Positions 9,501-17,455 of a DNA stretch of 27,822 bases are shown in pieces. The stretch's first letter is position 1. Every line of letters begins with the position of its first letter. The notes under the pieces are model-generated. The model worked only from the letters and a program-made list of their open reading frames with translations. It searched no databases and was not told where the DNA came from. This stretch comes from a virus (Duplodnaviria; Caudoviricetes): positions 1 to 27,822 of IMG/VR virus record IMGVR_UViG_3300044260_000112. One strand, 5' to 3'. The position numbers and the translations under genes were made by a program.

Positions 9501-9888
9501 TTATTCCTCCGCCGCCTCCCGGAACGGTGAAAGGAACAGAAGCCGTAATGAGCGTCAGTTTTCCTTTAGTGTCCCAGGCATTGTGCAGGTTCAGGATGGG
9601 CCCCTGGCACAGCGCCATTGCTACTGCGGTTTGATACGTGTAAGTAGTGTTGCTGATGGCATTCCCGCCGCCTGAGCCCAGCCCCTTGCCTCCGACTTTG
9701 GTTGTGGATGTATGCGGAATCGCCGCGAAATCACCGGCCCAGATCAGCCGCGCCGCAATGCGGTTCTGCCCGTAGAGAATTGGGATCACCTGGCCATACG
9801 AGCTGGTTTGTACGCGCAATGCGGAAAGCAGATTCGGTTTTGCAGCGAGCGCATTTTTCCCACCGCCTTTTCCGCCCATCAAAGCCAT
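6538..9888 (-). CDS. Central tail tip/baseplate protein (Phage-tail_3, GTA megatron/lambda J-like) with three inserted 67-aa repeats
   Basis: LRVQTSSYGQVIPILYGQNRI, AMALCQGPI, YNGIAY...LPNLSFEV, WSEGVLKIVPY, LEPMDLVTL, VDGELISY, LRRGVFGS; follows NlpC/P60. Confidence 0.9.
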   Translation of the reverse strand: MALMGGKGGGKNALAAKPNLLSALRVQTSSYGQVIPILYGQNRIAARLIWAGDFAAIPHTSTTKVGGKGLGSGGGNAISNTTYTYQTAVAMALCQGPILNLHNAWDTKGKLTLITASVPFTVPGGGGGITVTPPGSGVFHSHRGVGRADSFSFSQTDFGSDGSVPFSGTQQTPMVQVGSSPGAGQFTQSGATFNFSAADAGKVMTITYVYSVPDSNSNGQPQQKLSLTLFTGSRPQTAWSYLTSAHPGQDLGYNGIAYVAASAMDLGESGTLPNLSFEVLSAITFGAGIADAEPSVIITDLLANQFYGLAGVVPVGDLTQYKNFCTANGLFLSPVLDAQKAASDWIQEILDITNAAAVWSEGVLKIVPYGDTTKVGNGATFIPNTSPIYDLTTSDLLTPVLIKRPSVADVMNSVSVEFVNRANDYNIEIAEDKDEAMIALYGLRKDSPKQAHSITTTTVAKFAANLLRNRSVEIRATYTFSLGWQFNLLEPMDLVTLTIPELGYNKKPVRITAMREDDSGKLEVDCEDFPWGTAAPTLYPHQAGAGFVSQANSDPGAVSTPITFEANDRLSLTGNYEVWLGVCGPTVAITAATNATPIQITAANHGYKNGQKTTIAGVGGNTAANGTWTLTVVDPNNFTLNGSTGNGAYTSGGTAVNQDYGGCHVWVSPDNSNYVQVGAMYGPSRMGVLTAQLVSSADPDTTHTLAVDLTQSTGILNSGAQADCDNFRTLCYVDGELISYEDATLTASYRYDLGAHGAGQTITGATNASPIQITIANHGLGTGETVVVASVGGNTAANGTWVITVTAANTFTLNGSTGNGAYTSGGTAVVAARLRRGVFGSPIRTHNTNSVFLRLDDGVFVWEADPTLVGFPVGITAASNASPISITANNHGFFTGQSVLISGVLGNTAANGQWVITVTGINTFTLKGSTGNGAYTSGGVATPLIFFKFTSFNRMGLMEQSLANATAYPFLFMGLFGNHDETPANNATITSVFVSGTADSISIFGPGGAGTSYTAWKMKDQGATRTIPAQTITTVDDTGAAPQVSTIYWISYDFNAATHRAWANYNNYVQAVYRGQMRVGSLTTCNSSGTGGTTGGQGTSSTGTGSGAPGRPLPGM
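7066..8124 (-). repeat. Three dispersed 201-nt intragenic repeats (7924-8124, 7405-7605, 7066-7266)
   Basis: Each encodes ITxAxNAxPIxITxxNHG...GNTAANGxW...FTLxGSTGNGAYTSGGxA. Confidence 0.95.
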
Positions 9889-9913
9889 ACATTGACCTCA
9901 TTTTGTTCGTGGG

Positions 9914-10414
9914 TTAGCCGATGGTTGCCAGCAACGAACTTGAGCTGCTTCGACCGCCCATTTCCATTGCCGCCATTGGCCGCACTTCAAAACATTTCCG
10001 TTCCCTTCCCAATAGGTCGCCGTCTCGCAAGGCATCGCTCAGAAGCACGCCGTGGGGAATGTAGGAGTGGATTACGATCGGCCATTCCACCACGATGGCG
10101 CCATGGGAGTAAGTCCGCCCAAAGCGAAACACCACAAAGTCCGCTGGTTGCGGCGGTTCGTCAATTTCCACCGCAAACTTTGTGATTTCATTCAGGTAAA
10201 GTTCTTCACTTCGGTGAAGATGCCACTGGACCGAGTACTGCGGAGGCGTATAGTCCCGTGGCAGCACACCGCACTCCTGGTGCACAGCCAGCGGAAACAT
10301 CGCGCAATCCGCGCCCGCGCCTTTTACCCGCGCATGATGATGGTATGGAGTTCCCAGCCAATCTTTGGCTGCGCGCACAATATTGCTCCGCTGCTCTGTC
10401 GTCAGTCTCGGCAT
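9914..10414 (-). CDS. NlpC/P60 tail-associated peptidase (GTA/lambda K-like)
   Basis: WLGTPYHHHARVKGAGADC, YSHGAI, VIHS; catalytic Cys and His residues present. Confidence 0.93.
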   Translation of the reverse strand: MPRLTTEQRSNIVRAAKDWLGTPYHHHARVKGAGADCAMFPLAVHQECGVLPRDYTPPQYSVQWHLHRSEELYLNEITKFAVEIDEPPQPADFVVFRFGRTYSHGAIVVEWPIVIHSYIPHGVLLSDALRDGDLLGRERKCFEVRPMAAMEMGGRSSSSSLLATIG

Positions 10415-10428
10415 TTGGCAGTTCCCTC

Positions 10429-11298
10429 CTAAATAGCGGTTTCCGGCGCCGGCACGTAAGGAAATCCTTCAAAGTTCACCAGGTTGGAAAATTTGGGGCT
10501 GGCGCAGGTGGCCTGAGTCTTGTCGCATCCCGGATAAGCCGTGAACGCATCTCCGGCATTAGGAGCAAACGGCAGCGGAGAGTTAAATGTAAACTGCTGT
10601 GCAGCGTAAGCCTTCACCGCTTTGACCAATCCGGCATTCGCTCCCGATGTAAACGCGATCTGCCCATTGTCGTAATAGCCGTCCGTCTTGGCGGAAAGCG
10701 AAAGCAGCTTATTGACTGTGCTTCCGGCTTGCGCCGCGTTTGCCTCCGCAAAGCTGGCCTTGACCAAACCGCAGCGCGCGTCAAAAAGCGTGTTGGTGCA
10801 GCCAGGCTGCAGGATCACTGCCGGAAGCTGCATGCTCAGGTAAGCCGTGCCGGCGTTGACTGAAAGCTTGGCGGAAGAGCGCGTAAGCTCGTCCAGCGCG
10901 CCGATGAAGCCGGAAAACCTGATAACAGTGCCAATCTGGTTAGAAACGGAATCCATGAACAGGCGGTCGATGCGAAACGCAGCACCATCAAACAATCCTT
11001 GCCCGATGGCTTGTAGAACCGGCACACCATTGATCACGTCCGTCAAGCTGGCTTCAATCGTGACCTCCAGCGTCGCCACGTCCATGCCAAGCTTCTCTTC
11101 AATCGCAGATCGCGCAATGTTCGGCGGGCCGGTCAGGAATGTGTTTCCCAGCACCGTCAGATTTGTGTCCCAGCTTGTGTACCGCAATGCCGTACCGTTC
11201 TTGGGAGTAATGGTGTAAAGATCGGCCATGCGAATTTCTGTTGCGCTCTGCAGCCACGTGACCAGGTTGTTGCCACCGATATTTGTAGGTGTTTTCAT
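10429..11298 (-). CDS. DUF2163/BR0599 baseplate hub protein
   Basis: QPGCTNTLFDARCGL, FTSGANAG, YPGCDKTQATC..KFSNLVNFEGFPYVP; four conserved Cys. Confidence 0.93.
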   Translation of the reverse strand: MKTPTNIGGNNLVTWLQSATEIRMADLYTITPKNGTALRYTSWDTNLTVLGNTFLTGPPNIARSAIEEKLGMDVATLEVTIEASLTDVINGVPVLQAIGQGLFDGAAFRIDRLFMDSVSNQIGTVIRFSGFIGALDELTRSSAKLSVNAGTAYLSMQLPAVILQPGCTNTLFDARCGLVKASFAEANAAQAGSTVNKLLSLSAKTDGYYDNGQIAFTSGANAGLVKAVKAYAAQQFTFNSPLPFAPNAGDAFTAYPGCDKTQATCASPKFSNLVNFEGFPYVPAPETAI

Positions 11299-11310
11299 AT
11301 AAAACCTTTA

Positions 11311-11389
11311 ACCACAAAGGACACAAAGGAACACAAAGGATGCGACAGCGAAACAGGCACCCTTTGTGTTCCTTCGTGTCCTTTGTGGT
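11311..11389. repeat. Long inverted repeat built from cacaaagg units (29-bp arms)
   Basis: accacaaaggacacaaaggaacacaaagg ... cctttgtgttccttcgtgtcctttgtggt, 1 mismatch, 21-nt loop. Confidence 0.95.
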
Positions 11390-11398
11390 AAAAACCTG

Positions 11399-12079
11399 TT
11401 ATTTCCTGACTGAAATCAGTTGGACTTCCTTGCACTCATACAAGTTGAAATAGAAATTGCTGAACTCGATTCCTTCACGCGTCCCGCTGGCGGAACTGCC
11501 GCGCGTCGTCCCCGCATCAAACCGCACGCGGTGCAGGAACGTGAAGTCTGCGGTAATGGCTGCGCCAGCTGCCGGCGCCACGGTGAATTGAACCAACCCC
11601 AGAGAGATGGTGTAATCCACTCCTGGAACCTGAAGGACTGGCGTACGTCCGCTCACATACACCGTGGCCTGCTGATTGGCCGGGTTCTGGCACGCTTCCA
11701 GAAAGCCGCCGAAGTTGCGCACAAGCTGGAAATTTTTGGTCGATCCGTCCCCGGTCCCAATAGGCTGGCCAGTGAAAACGGAATCTTCCAGCCGCTGTGT
11801 CAAGTCGCTTTCATTCAGCAGGAAGTCATCAAACTGGCCGCCACGAGCCAGAAAGAAACCGACCAGCGTTTCCAGCGGAGTCTGTTCGTTTTCATCTCTC
11901 GATCGCGGATCGTTCAAAAGATACTCATAGGCCAGGGTGAACTCCCAGATAGGATTCTGGAAGTTCTGTACCCTCACTTCTCTGCCTGCAAGTGACGATT
12001 GGATCTCTGTTGAGAACGTAGGATTCTTGGTGATGGTCCAACCCAGACCACGAACCCTGGGAAAGAGAAGGTTGCTCAT
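11399..12079 (-). CDS. DUF2460 distal tail protein (TIGR02217-like)
   Basis: PTFSTEIQSSLAGREVR, LVGFFLARGGQFDDF, IGTGDGSTKNFQLVR, GAAITADF...VRFD; ATGA overlap with the tape measure gene. Confidence 0.92.
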   Translation of the reverse strand: MSNLLFPRVRGLGWTITKNPTFSTEIQSSLAGREVRVQNFQNPIWEFTLAYEYLLNDPRSRDENEQTPLETLVGFFLARGGQFDDFLLNESDLTQRLEDSVFTGQPIGTGDGSTKNFQLVRNFGGFLEACQNPANQQATVYVSGRTPVLQVPGVDYTISLGLVQFTVAPAAGAAITADFTFLHRVRFDAGTTRGSSASGTREGIEFSNFYFNLYECKEVQLISVRK

Positions 12080-14181
12080 CTTGCTCCTTTCCGCTTGAGC
12101 GCCCGTGTTACTTCATTGGCAATCATGTTGCTGTGCCGCCGTATATGGGCTTGGAATGACCCAGCATCCACGGCACTGACGGAGTGGTTGACGACCACCG
12201 TAACGCCGCCCCCAGTTGATCCACCTTCGACCATGTCGCGCAATTTACCCGCGATACCGGCGGGCAGAATAGTCTCATTGGCATGGACGAAATTGAGACG
12301 ATCGCGGTCTACACGCCAATCGCCACCGGCGGACGCAGCGAGAGCCCCCATGGCAACTGTACCCATTCCCGTTGCAACTGCACCGGCAGCGGCCCCTACT
12401 CCGGGCGCAACGCTGACATTAATCGGAAAGGGTAGCGCAGCCATAGCTGAAGCGAAGCCTGACACTGTTGCTACGCCAGCTGCCACGCTGGTAGCGGCCC
12501 CAAGGGAGTGCTCGTGAAAGAGTTTGTCGATCAGCCACTCTTCTGCTTTCTTCTCCGCTTTTTGCGCAACATAATTCGCCAGTGAAGTCAGCAAGGAAAT
12601 GTACATCTTCTGAAAGCCCTGACTGATGGTTTCTGTGCCCTTCAACATATCCAGCACATTGCTGGAAAGCGCATTGCCGATCTGCGAAAAGAGCTGTTTG
12701 TACTGCTGTTCCTGTGTCTTTATGCTATCGGTAACGGCTTTGGTTTCGACCAGTTTGGCTTGCTTTGTGAGATTGGATATGCGGGCTTCAATCGCTGCTT
12801 TCTCTTTTTCGTCTTTGTGCCACAACGAGAGGATTTCCCTTTCATATTGAAGCTCAATGGCAAGCTCTTTCTCTTTCGCGGCGGCAATCAGGGCAACTTC
12901 TTGCTGCTGATTGATTTGTCCCTTCAGGTAGCGTTGCTCAATCAACTGCTCTTCGGTCTTTTCGTTCGTCTGAGCATTCTTGATCTCACCCTGGAGAAAT
13001 GTCTCTGATGCCCGGGCTCGCTCTTCGACACCCTTCAGGAATGCTTTATTCCTGCGATCAATTCCCGCAATGGCTTCGTCGTTTGCGGCCATCTGCTTAG
13101 CGGCTTCTTTTTGCTGTAAGTCTCTGGAAGTCTCAAAGAACAGCTTCTCCATTTCCGTTACTTGCTTCAGGGCTTTTGCTGCGGCTTCGGCCTGGGATTC
13201 GGATCCAACTAAAGCGCTGTGCTTAGCGACCTCCTGCGATGTGCGCCCGAAATCGTTGAGCAGAATCAAAAGGCTGCGGAGCGTCTGGTCGGTTTTCCCG
13301 TACTCAGTATTTATTTCCTTGATCCCCTTTGCGGGATCGGTGTTCACGGCTGATGCGAGGGTCTGTTCTTCTTGAGTAAGGTTTTTTAGAGCTGCCGCTT
13401 GAGCTTCCGTATCCCCTTTAAATTTGGTAAGTTTTGCCTGGCGGCCAGTTTCATTGGCTGCTAGTTGATCATTCAAAAATGACTTGTATGCGACAAGCTG
13501 CTTATTAAGCTCTCCCTGATACTCTGCGCTTTGCTGTTTATTCCGTTCCGACGTGGCGAGCCGGAGTTTGGTCATCGTCTCGTTAATGCCAGACTGAAAC
13601 TCTTTTACCTTATCAATGATGCCATTAATGCCGGAATCGCCCGAGAGCAGCTTATCGAAAAAGCTTTGCTCCTGCCGGGTCAGTAATTCATTCTCTTTAT
13701 TGATGGCAGCCTGAAAGGATTTGATCAACTCTTCCAGCGCTCGATTGCCCTCCATCGCGGCGATGGTGATTCCGTTCTGTGTAGGCCGCCGCTCAAGAGC
13801 TGCAATGTGGTCCTGAAGTTTGAGATTGCTGATCTGAACCGATTCGGCCTGTTTGTCAAACGAGAGAGCCACATCCAGCGCTTCCAGCCTGGACTTTTCC
13901 AGCTCCTCTCTGTGTTGCTTTGCCTTTTCAGTAGCGTCAAAGATCGCAATGCCCAAAGAAATTACTGCGAGTGGCGCGAACGCCGCGTCCAAAGCAGGCC
14001 CGATTAGCTCGGTTGAAGCGAGCATCTTTGAGATACCATCGGGCACCTTGGCGCCGATAAGGTCGCCCAACATGTCAACAGACTTGCTAACCCTATCCAG
14101 GTGCTCTTTGGCTGCATCGGCAGCATCGTTGGCTCCGGTGGCATCACCCGTTATTTTAAAGGAAATTTCATTGTCAGCCAT
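12076..14181 (-). CDS. Tail tape measure protein (701 aa)
   Basis: Long A/E/K/Q coiled coil; lambda-H-like C-terminus ASAGGDW...FVHANETILPA, SAVDAGSF; lies between the chaperones and the distal tail gene. Confidence 0.9.
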   Translation of the reverse strand: MADNEISFKITGDATGANDAADAAKEHLDRVSKSVDMLGDLIGAKVPDGISKMLASTELIGPALDAAFAPLAVISLGIAIFDATEKAKQHREELEKSRLEALDVALSFDKQAESVQISNLKLQDHIAALERRPTQNGITIAAMEGNRALEELIKSFQAAINKENELLTRQEQSFFDKLLSGDSGINGIIDKVKEFQSGINETMTKLRLATSERNKQQSAEYQGELNKQLVAYKSFLNDQLAANETGRQAKLTKFKGDTEAQAAALKNLTQEEQTLASAVNTDPAKGIKEINTEYGKTDQTLRSLLILLNDFGRTSQEVAKHSALVGSESQAEAAAKALKQVTEMEKLFFETSRDLQQKEAAKQMAANDEAIAGIDRRNKAFLKGVEERARASETFLQGEIKNAQTNEKTEEQLIEQRYLKGQINQQQEVALIAAAKEKELAIELQYEREILSLWHKDEKEKAAIEARISNLTKQAKLVETKAVTDSIKTQEQQYKQLFSQIGNALSSNVLDMLKGTETISQGFQKMYISLLTSLANYVAQKAEKKAEEWLIDKLFHEHSLGAATSVAAGVATVSGFASAMAALPFPINVSVAPGVGAAAGAVATGMGTVAMGALAASAGGDWRVDRDRLNFVHANETILPAGIAGKLRDMVEGGSTGGGVTVVVNHSVSAVDAGSFQAHIRRHSNMIANEVTRALKRKGAR

Positions 14182-14304
14182 GGGTGGTAATCTCCGTGGT
14201 TCTTAATCGCGCACATTAAAATCTAAAGAAAAGCAGCTTCTCGAAATCGCTCAGAATGCCGAAGAAATTAAAGTGACTTTTTTCTTCCGCTACGAAAAAA
14301 ATAG

Positions 14305-14333
14305 TGGACGGGGTAAAAGAACACATATAGAAT
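14305..14333 (+). promoter_or_regulatory. Sigma70-like promoter of the moron gene, probably a leaderless transcript
   Basis: TGGACG-N17-TAGAAT, ATG 8 nt downstream at 14342, no Shine-Dalgarno. Confidence 0.6.
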
Positions 14334-14341
14334 TTGCCGCC

Positions 14342-14821
14342 ATGACAATCGCAAGACTCTCGATATCTCTCTCCGCAATCCTGGCAATCTCTTTCATTAC
14401 CAGTCCTGCATTAGCACAGACATCGCCTGCGAAAGCTAAAGCGGTACCGCCTGCCGTGGCTGCGCTCCATGCGATTGACGACTATGAGGCCACCCTGGAA
14501 GCGGTTTTGTCACATGCAGGTCAACCTGATTTCGAGCAGCGCGAAAAAGCATCGAATCACGAAGTCAAGCTACATCGAGCCAGATTAGCGCGAGATAGAG
14601 TCTCGGATCCGGATTTACATGCCAGCCTTGATCTCTTACTGCAAGAGGCAGGTGATCTCTGGCTGAAAGGCATGAGTGTAATACTGGATCCCAAAGATAA
14701 GAGCTACTCCAATGCCGTCGCAGACTTCCATGCTGATAGGAATCTGGTTGCTAGCGAGATTGCCACAGGGAAACGGGGCCTTTTGCACGATGCGGTCTTG
14801 CAACGCTACAAAAACAAGTAA
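14342..14821 (+). CDS. Secreted alpha-helical hypothetical protein (moron), opposite strand
   Basis: Signal peptide MTIARLSISLSAILAISFITSPALA|QT; own promoter; interrupts the tail operon. Confidence 0.8.
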   Translation: MTIARLSISLSAILAISFITSPALAQTSPAKAKAVPPAVAALHAIDDYEATLEAVLSHAGQPDFEQREKASNHEVKLHRARLARDRVSDPDLHASLDLLLQEAGDLWLKGMSVILDPKDKSYSNAVADFHADRNLVASEIATGKRGLLHDAVLQRYKNK

Positions 14822-14859
14822 GTTGCGGCGATGCGGGACACGAGCAGAGAAAGGACACA

Positions 14860-14954
14860 TTGTTCGACGGCCGTGCCCAACGCTTTGCTTCAGCCGCGAC
14901 TTTTGTCAGCTCATTGGCGTCACCAGTGATCCTGATGGGAAAGTCTATCAACAT
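14860..14954 (-). pseudogene. Relic 5' end of a tape measure gene
   Basis: MLIDFPIRITGDANELTKVAAEAK resembles the intact TMP start MADNEISFKITGDATGANDAADAAK; begins 16 nt after the chaperone stop. Confidence 0.55.
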
Positions 14955-14970
14955 GCAATGCCTTACAAAG

Positions 14971-15279
14971 TTATGTCTTGTAAAAATGCGGAAGCTTTTT
15001 GGTTACGCTTCCTCCGGCAAAAGAAACAGCCTGCGTCAGTTCATTGAAGTGTCCGTCAGTAAAGTTCCGGGCATTGCCGGCTGTTTTCCGCTTTCCTCCG
15101 GTCAGATACGCAGCCACTAGAACGTGGGTCGGCGGATAATCCTTCCAGTACGCCATCAAATCATTCAGTTCCCACAAAGTCAGCTGCTCGATCTCAGGCA
15201 GCGTCCATCCGGTAGCGGTGGCGACATGGCCAAAGACAAATGGCCAGTCTGCTATACCGGTACCGGGGTCGGTTCCCCC
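14971..15279 (-). CDS. Tail assembly chaperone GT C-terminal frame, reached by -1 frameshift
   Basis: The -1 frame is open from the slippery site: GTDPGTGIADWPFVFGHVATATGWTLPEIEQLTLWELNDLMAYWKDYPPTHVLVAAYL...; no obvious RBS or ATG of its own at the 5' end. Confidence 0.8.
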   Translation of the reverse strand, partial: GGTDPGTGIADWPFVFGHVATATGWTLPEIEQLTLWELNDLMAYWKDYPPTHVLVAAYLTGGKRKTAGNARNFTDGHFNELTQAVSFAGGSVTKKLPHFYKT

Positions 15280-15563
15280 GCGGCCGCCTTCTTCAAGCCG
15301 GAGACTTCAAGCATGGCGTTGAAAAGAACATTGAAATCGTCAAAGGTAAGGCCGTTTTCAAGCTGCTCAGCGGTAAGGTCCTGGTGGACTTTCCGCACGG
15401 CATTCTGGATCACAGGCAGATAGCGGAGCAATGAAGTCAGCCCGGAATTTTCGGCAGAAGGCTTTTCCTGAAACAGTGTGTCCAGTTGCCGCAGCTCTCC
15501 GAGCGTGAGCGATGAGACCGTAAGTTGTCCCATCGATGTGGGGACAGTTTGTTGCTTGAGCAT
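15252..15563 (-). CDS. Tail assembly chaperone G
   Basis: ATG 15563 after GGAGGA; SLTLGELRQL...AMLEVSGLKKAAAGE; immediately downstream of the tail tube. Confidence 0.85.
   Translation of the reverse strand: MLKQQTVPTSMGQLTVSSLTLGELRQLDTLFQEKPSAENSGLTSLLRYLPVIQNAVRKVHQDLTAEQLENGLTFDDFNVLFNAMLEVSGLKKAAAGEPTPVPV
15273..15279 (-). other. Programmed -1 frameshift slippery site G GGG GAA
   Basis: Lies in the short G/T frame overlap, 6 sense codons before the TAG of G. Confidence 0.75.
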
Positions 15564-15610
15564 GATTTCCTCCAATAAAGTGTGTTGATTGCGCCACAGA
15601 AAGCCCATTC

Positions 15611-15691
15611 ACCACAAAGGACACAAAGGCCCACAAAGGTTCATCCTTCTGGGCATCAGCCCCTTCGTGTTCCGTTGTGTCACTTTGTGGT
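15611..15691. repeat. Second cacaaagg-unit inverted repeat, same family as 11311-11389
   Basis: accacaaaggacacaaaggcccacaaagg ... ccttcgtgttccgttgtgtcactttgtggt. Confidence 0.9.
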
Positions 15692-15699
15692 TAAAGCTT

Positions 15700-16452
15700 T
15701 TATTCGTTGCTGTACATATCGATGACCTGGCCAGCAGCGTTTGCAAAGGCCTCAAAGTCAAACTCTGGAATGATGAAATCTTCCTGCTTGGTGGCAAAGC
15801 TGAGCTTTGACGCCACAACCGAGTACAGAAGCACATTGAACTGGTTGCCGTTGTAAACGTTTTCCAGCAGCACCTGGATGGTGGGCGCGAAGCCCATGAG
15901 CTGGTTGGTGATGTTGAGCTGTGATCCAACAGCCGCAAGCGAGTATGTGTAGCTGATAAGAGCTACGGCGCCAGCCACGTTATCCGCCGAGGCAAACGTG
16001 TAAACGCCGCCTGCGGTGACGGAATACTGTCCCAACACAGGGGCGGAGGCAACGCGGGTAAATGGGAGCCCGGTGGCCGCGTAACGTACTCCCCAATCCT
16101 GCACAAACACGCCGGAGTTTGGCGGGGCAATTGTCACCTGGAAGGGCGTAGCGGGAATGGCGTGAGATTCATCAAGAGAAACCTGTTTCATGCCGGCGGG
16201 CATCGTCTGCCCGAAGAACAGGTCATTCAGCATTTTGCCGTTGATGGCGGCAAACTTGGATTTGCCGGTGATCTTGCATTTGCCCCGGGCCACAGCCTCA
16301 GGAAACTGTTTCTGTCCGTAGAGCTGCTTGACGTCGCCTGAGATATCGAGCGAAACGTCTTGCAGCGTTCCGAATTTCATGGGAGTGGGGTTGGCGGCGG
16401 TATTGCCGCCGACGGGAAAGCCCCACAAGGTGCCTGATCCAAATTCAAACAT
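15700..16452 (-). CDS. Major tail (tube) protein with an inserted beta domain
   Basis: FGSGTLWG..TPMKFGTLQDVSLDISGDVKQLYG..FPEAVARGK, KQEDFIIPEFDFEAFA; AAGGAG RBS; position between terminator and chaperone. Confidence 0.85.
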   Translation of the reverse strand: MFEFGSGTLWGFPVGGNTAANPTPMKFGTLQDVSLDISGDVKQLYGQKQFPEAVARGKCKITGKSKFAAINGKMLNDLFFGQTMPAGMKQVSLDESHAIPATPFQVTIAPPNSGVFVQDWGVRYAATGLPFTRVASAPVLGQYSVTAGGVYTFASADNVAGAVALISYTYSLAAVGSQLNITNQLMGFAPTIQVLLENVYNGNQFNVLLYSVVASKLSFATKQEDFIIPEFDFEAFANAAGQVIDMYSNE

Positions 16453-16541
16453 TTTTTGTTTCTCCTTTTGGGGAGCCAGCCCTGCACTCCCATAAATTGA
16501 AGCCCGCTGGAACCGCTGCGGCTTGTGAACTTAAGTTGTTT

Positions 16542-16994
16542 CTATGCTGTGGTGAGGATTTCTACCGGAACAACGGCGAGCGCCATGGGGCCAATAACGT
16601 TTTCGACGATCTCTATCTTTCCTTCAATGCGACAGTGCGACACCTTGCCGCCGAGCGACTGCGCCACTCCTGGCGTCGCGTTGCGAATGGCCGCTTCCAC
16701 AGCGTCCAGAAGTGAATTCAGTTCGGTGGAAGGGACCGAGTTCGGCTCGCTATCGCCAGCGGTGTAGATGACAAGATCGACCGCCATTTTCGCGTGGATG
16801 GGCAGGCCATTCACGCTGGTCCCGGTCAGCTCGTCCTTCTGCACCTGATACAACGATGGACGGTCCGCGGGCGAGAGCTGCGAGGGATCCTGCCAGCGCC
16901 GGCTGACCGTTTTGAACGGACCAGCCGGCGTGAGGAGCGCGCCCTGCAACACGGAGAACAGCGCGGAATAAATTTGCTCACGAGGAAAAATCAC
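16542..16994 (-). CDS. Tail terminator/completion protein
   Basis: 150 aa; REQIYSALF..TVSRR..PSLYQVQ..LLDAVEAAI..QSLGGKV; just upstream of the tube. Confidence 0.75.
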   Translation of the reverse strand: MIFPREQIYSALFSVLQGALLTPAGPFKTVSRRWQDPSQLSPADRPSLYQVQKDELTGTSVNGLPIHAKMAVDLVIYTAGDSEPNSVPSTELNSLLDAVEAAIRNATPGVAQSLGGKVSHCRIEGKIEIVENVIGPMALAVVPVEILTTA

Positions 16995-17455
16995 TGTGAC
17001 ACCTGAACTTGCTGAATCGCCTGCTCAAGCAGAGCAGGCAATGCCTGTTGAAGATCATTGATTGCCGGACGCAGGTAAGGTCGCGGACGAATGTAAGGAC
17101 GCCGGCCTTCTTTCTTCTTGAACGGCCCGGGTCGACCGGCGAAACCGCCATATTCGTGTATGCGGGCATAGTTCAAATCAGAACCGATACTGACGGTCAG
17201 GCTGTCGCCGTCAATCTTGGTTTCAATCGACTGCAGGACCGAATTCATAAGATTTCCGCTACGCGACGTCAGCAAATCGCTCGAACTGCCCTTGCTCGCC
17301 GATCCGGCAAAATATTTCGGTACTGCCGTGCGCAGCGATTGGTAGATGAGCGGCTGCAACGCCTCATAAACCTGGGCCACCACGCGAGGCGCGAGCCCGG
17401 CAAGCCGCTGCTGAAGTTGCTGCACGGCAGAGTCGTCAATTTGAACGCTAATCAC
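16991..17455 (-). CDS. HK97 gp10-like/virion morphogenesis neck protein
   Basis: RSGNLMNSV..IGSDLNYARIHEYGG..RPRPYLRPA. Confidence 0.85.
   Translation of the reverse strand: MISVQIDDSAVQQLQQRLAGLAPRVVAQVYEALQPLIYQSLRTAVPKYFAGSASKGSSSDLLTSRSGNLMNSVLQSIETKIDGDSLTVSIGSDLNYARIHEYGGFAGRPGPFKKKEGRRPYIRPRPYLRPAINDLQQALPALLEQAIQQVQVSQ

Noticed and set aside
15564-15608. Extended start for the tail chaperone given by the ORF track
   Set aside because: GGAGGA lies just upstream of ATG 15563; the extension abuts a repeat element
4507-17455. Tailocin or contractile injection system interpretation
   Set aside because: No sheath or contractile baseplate genes, and a complete head and packaging module is present
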